This document shows, one piece after another, positions 63,230 through 64,000 of a stretch of DNA of 64,000 nt. This DNA comes from an uncultured bacterium (lineage in GTDB: Bacteria; Chlamydiota; Chlamydiia; Chlamydiales; SM23-39). Location of the stretch: positions 5,009-69,008 of the forward strand of contig CAYRJU010000005.1 of the NCBI GenBank assembly GCA_964424735.1, given 5' to 3'. The notes under the pieces are model-generated. The model was not told where the DNA came from. It did not search any database and was given only the letters and a program-made list of their open reading frames with translations. Both the position numbers and the translations under genes were made by a program. Every line of letters begins with the position of its first letter. The stretch's first letter is position 1.

Positions 63230-63661
63230 TTATTCGTTCTTCTCAAAAGAGGTGAGCGTCTCTTCCGTTTCGAGCATGTCTACGAGAAAATGTTGCAACA
63301 CTTTCAAGACATAGCGGGGAGTATTGTAGACTCCGCAGGTTGAAAAAACGATTTCGAGATTGGCTTTCTCTGGATGGTTGAGAGCAATCATGACATAGGT
63401 AAAGGGCTGCTCTCCCTCTGCTTTGGGAATGATCCAGACGATGAATTGCTCGTTGAAGAGAGTCACTTTCTCAACGCTTTCAATGACATGGAAATACTGT
63501 GTCAGATCGTCGGGGTCGCTGTGATCTTCTTGTAAACTTTGCAAAAGTCCTTGATCGTGAAGGAATTTGAGATCTATGGTCATAATGCCATCATGGGCAA
63601 CAGTGGGAAGGTTTGTGATGAATTGTTTGTATACTTCTTCAATCTGTACAGGGTTTAACAT
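63230..63661 (-). CDS. Conserved hypothetical protein (143 aa)
   Basis: ATG 63659-63661 is preceded by AGGAGGAAGG. The longer track ORF (to 63934) overlaps the dac gene start. Confidence 0.6.
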   Translation of the reverse strand: MLNPVQIEEVYKQFITNLPTVAHDGIMTIDLKFLHDQGLLQSLQEDHSDPDDLTQYFHVIESVEKVTLFNEQFIVWIIPKAEGEQPFTYVMIALNHPEKANLEIVFSTCGVYNTPRYVLKVLQHFLVDMLETEETLTSFEKNE

Positions 63662-63771
63662 GCCTTCCTCCTGATTCCTCGCCCGTAGCCTCAGATTAGC
63701 TGAAAAACCAAACTTTGTCAAGTCTGGTATTTTATTGATCCTTGCATTACTATTTGCCTTTTGGTGATGCG

Positions 63772-64000
63772 ATGCGACTGATTCTATTCCTCTTATGTAT
63801 TTCCACCCCTCTACTGGCAAAACCGCTGGAAATGGACATTCATTCTCCTTCTGCGATTTTGATGAATGCCGATACGGGGGCCATTCTCTTTGAAAAACAT
63901 GCCCACCTTCCTTTAAGTCCTGCCAGCACCACAAAAATTGGGGTAGTTCTCTATGTCTTAGAGCAGGGGATCGATTCCAATCGGGTGATGACCGTAAGTC
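63772..64000 (+). CDS. dac: D-alanyl-D-alanine carboxypeptidase (S11), N-terminal part, runs off the window
   Basis: Signal peptide MRLILFLLCISTPLLA and active-site motif SPASTTK. Confidence 0.85.
   Translation, partial: MRLILFLLCISTPLLAKPLEMDIHSPSAILMNADTGAILFEKHAHLPLSPASTTKIGVVLYVLEQGIDSNRVMTVS

Noticed and set aside
1-64000. CRISPR arrays, prophage, IS transposases, rRNA operons.
   Set aside because: I saw no regularly spaced direct repeats with spacers, since the repeats present are inverted palindromes. I saw no transposase, integrase or phage-structural motifs and no rRNA-like sequence.

Overview
This 64-kb window looks like chromosomal DNA from a chlamydia-like organism (phylum Chlamydiae), judged from gene content only. 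Evidence includes a TLC-family ADP/ATP translocase, UhpC, an EUO-like regulator, RsbW, and a MurA with Asp in place of the catalytic Cys. As I recall the C. trachomatis gene order, two blocks are syntenic with it: trxA-trmL-mip-(aspS)-hisS-uhpC-dnaE...rsbW-dac, and tsp/gltX-euo. Most of the window is densely packed housekeeping genes: dnaB, rho, coaE, polA, sppA, pgsA, pgk, engB, tsaE, argS, epmB, murA, ispF, gltX, tsp, ispD, thrC, trxA, trmL, hisS, dnaE, bamD, lptE, and three tRNAs. Four lineage-specific patches interrupt this core. (1) 3.1-5.9 kb holds an adhesin-like fragment, a hypothetical gene and a class II Fic gene, next to tRNA-Ser. (2) 37-39.3 kb holds an orphan TpsB transporter and an ankyrin protein. 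(3) 43-46.9 kb holds a secreted EEP phosphoesterase, a TM protein and an Inc-like protein with a Cys-His-Asp papain-like module. (4) 57.3-61.1 kb holds a HicA-domain fusion, a C39-like peptidase and two unknown proteins. The most unusual signal is non-coding: almost every large intergenic gap carries a long inverted-repeat element. These include a 519-bp GC-rich, hairpin-dense element with perfect 13-bp termini between uhpC and dnaE. No transposase, integrase, CRISPR array or rRNA was seen.
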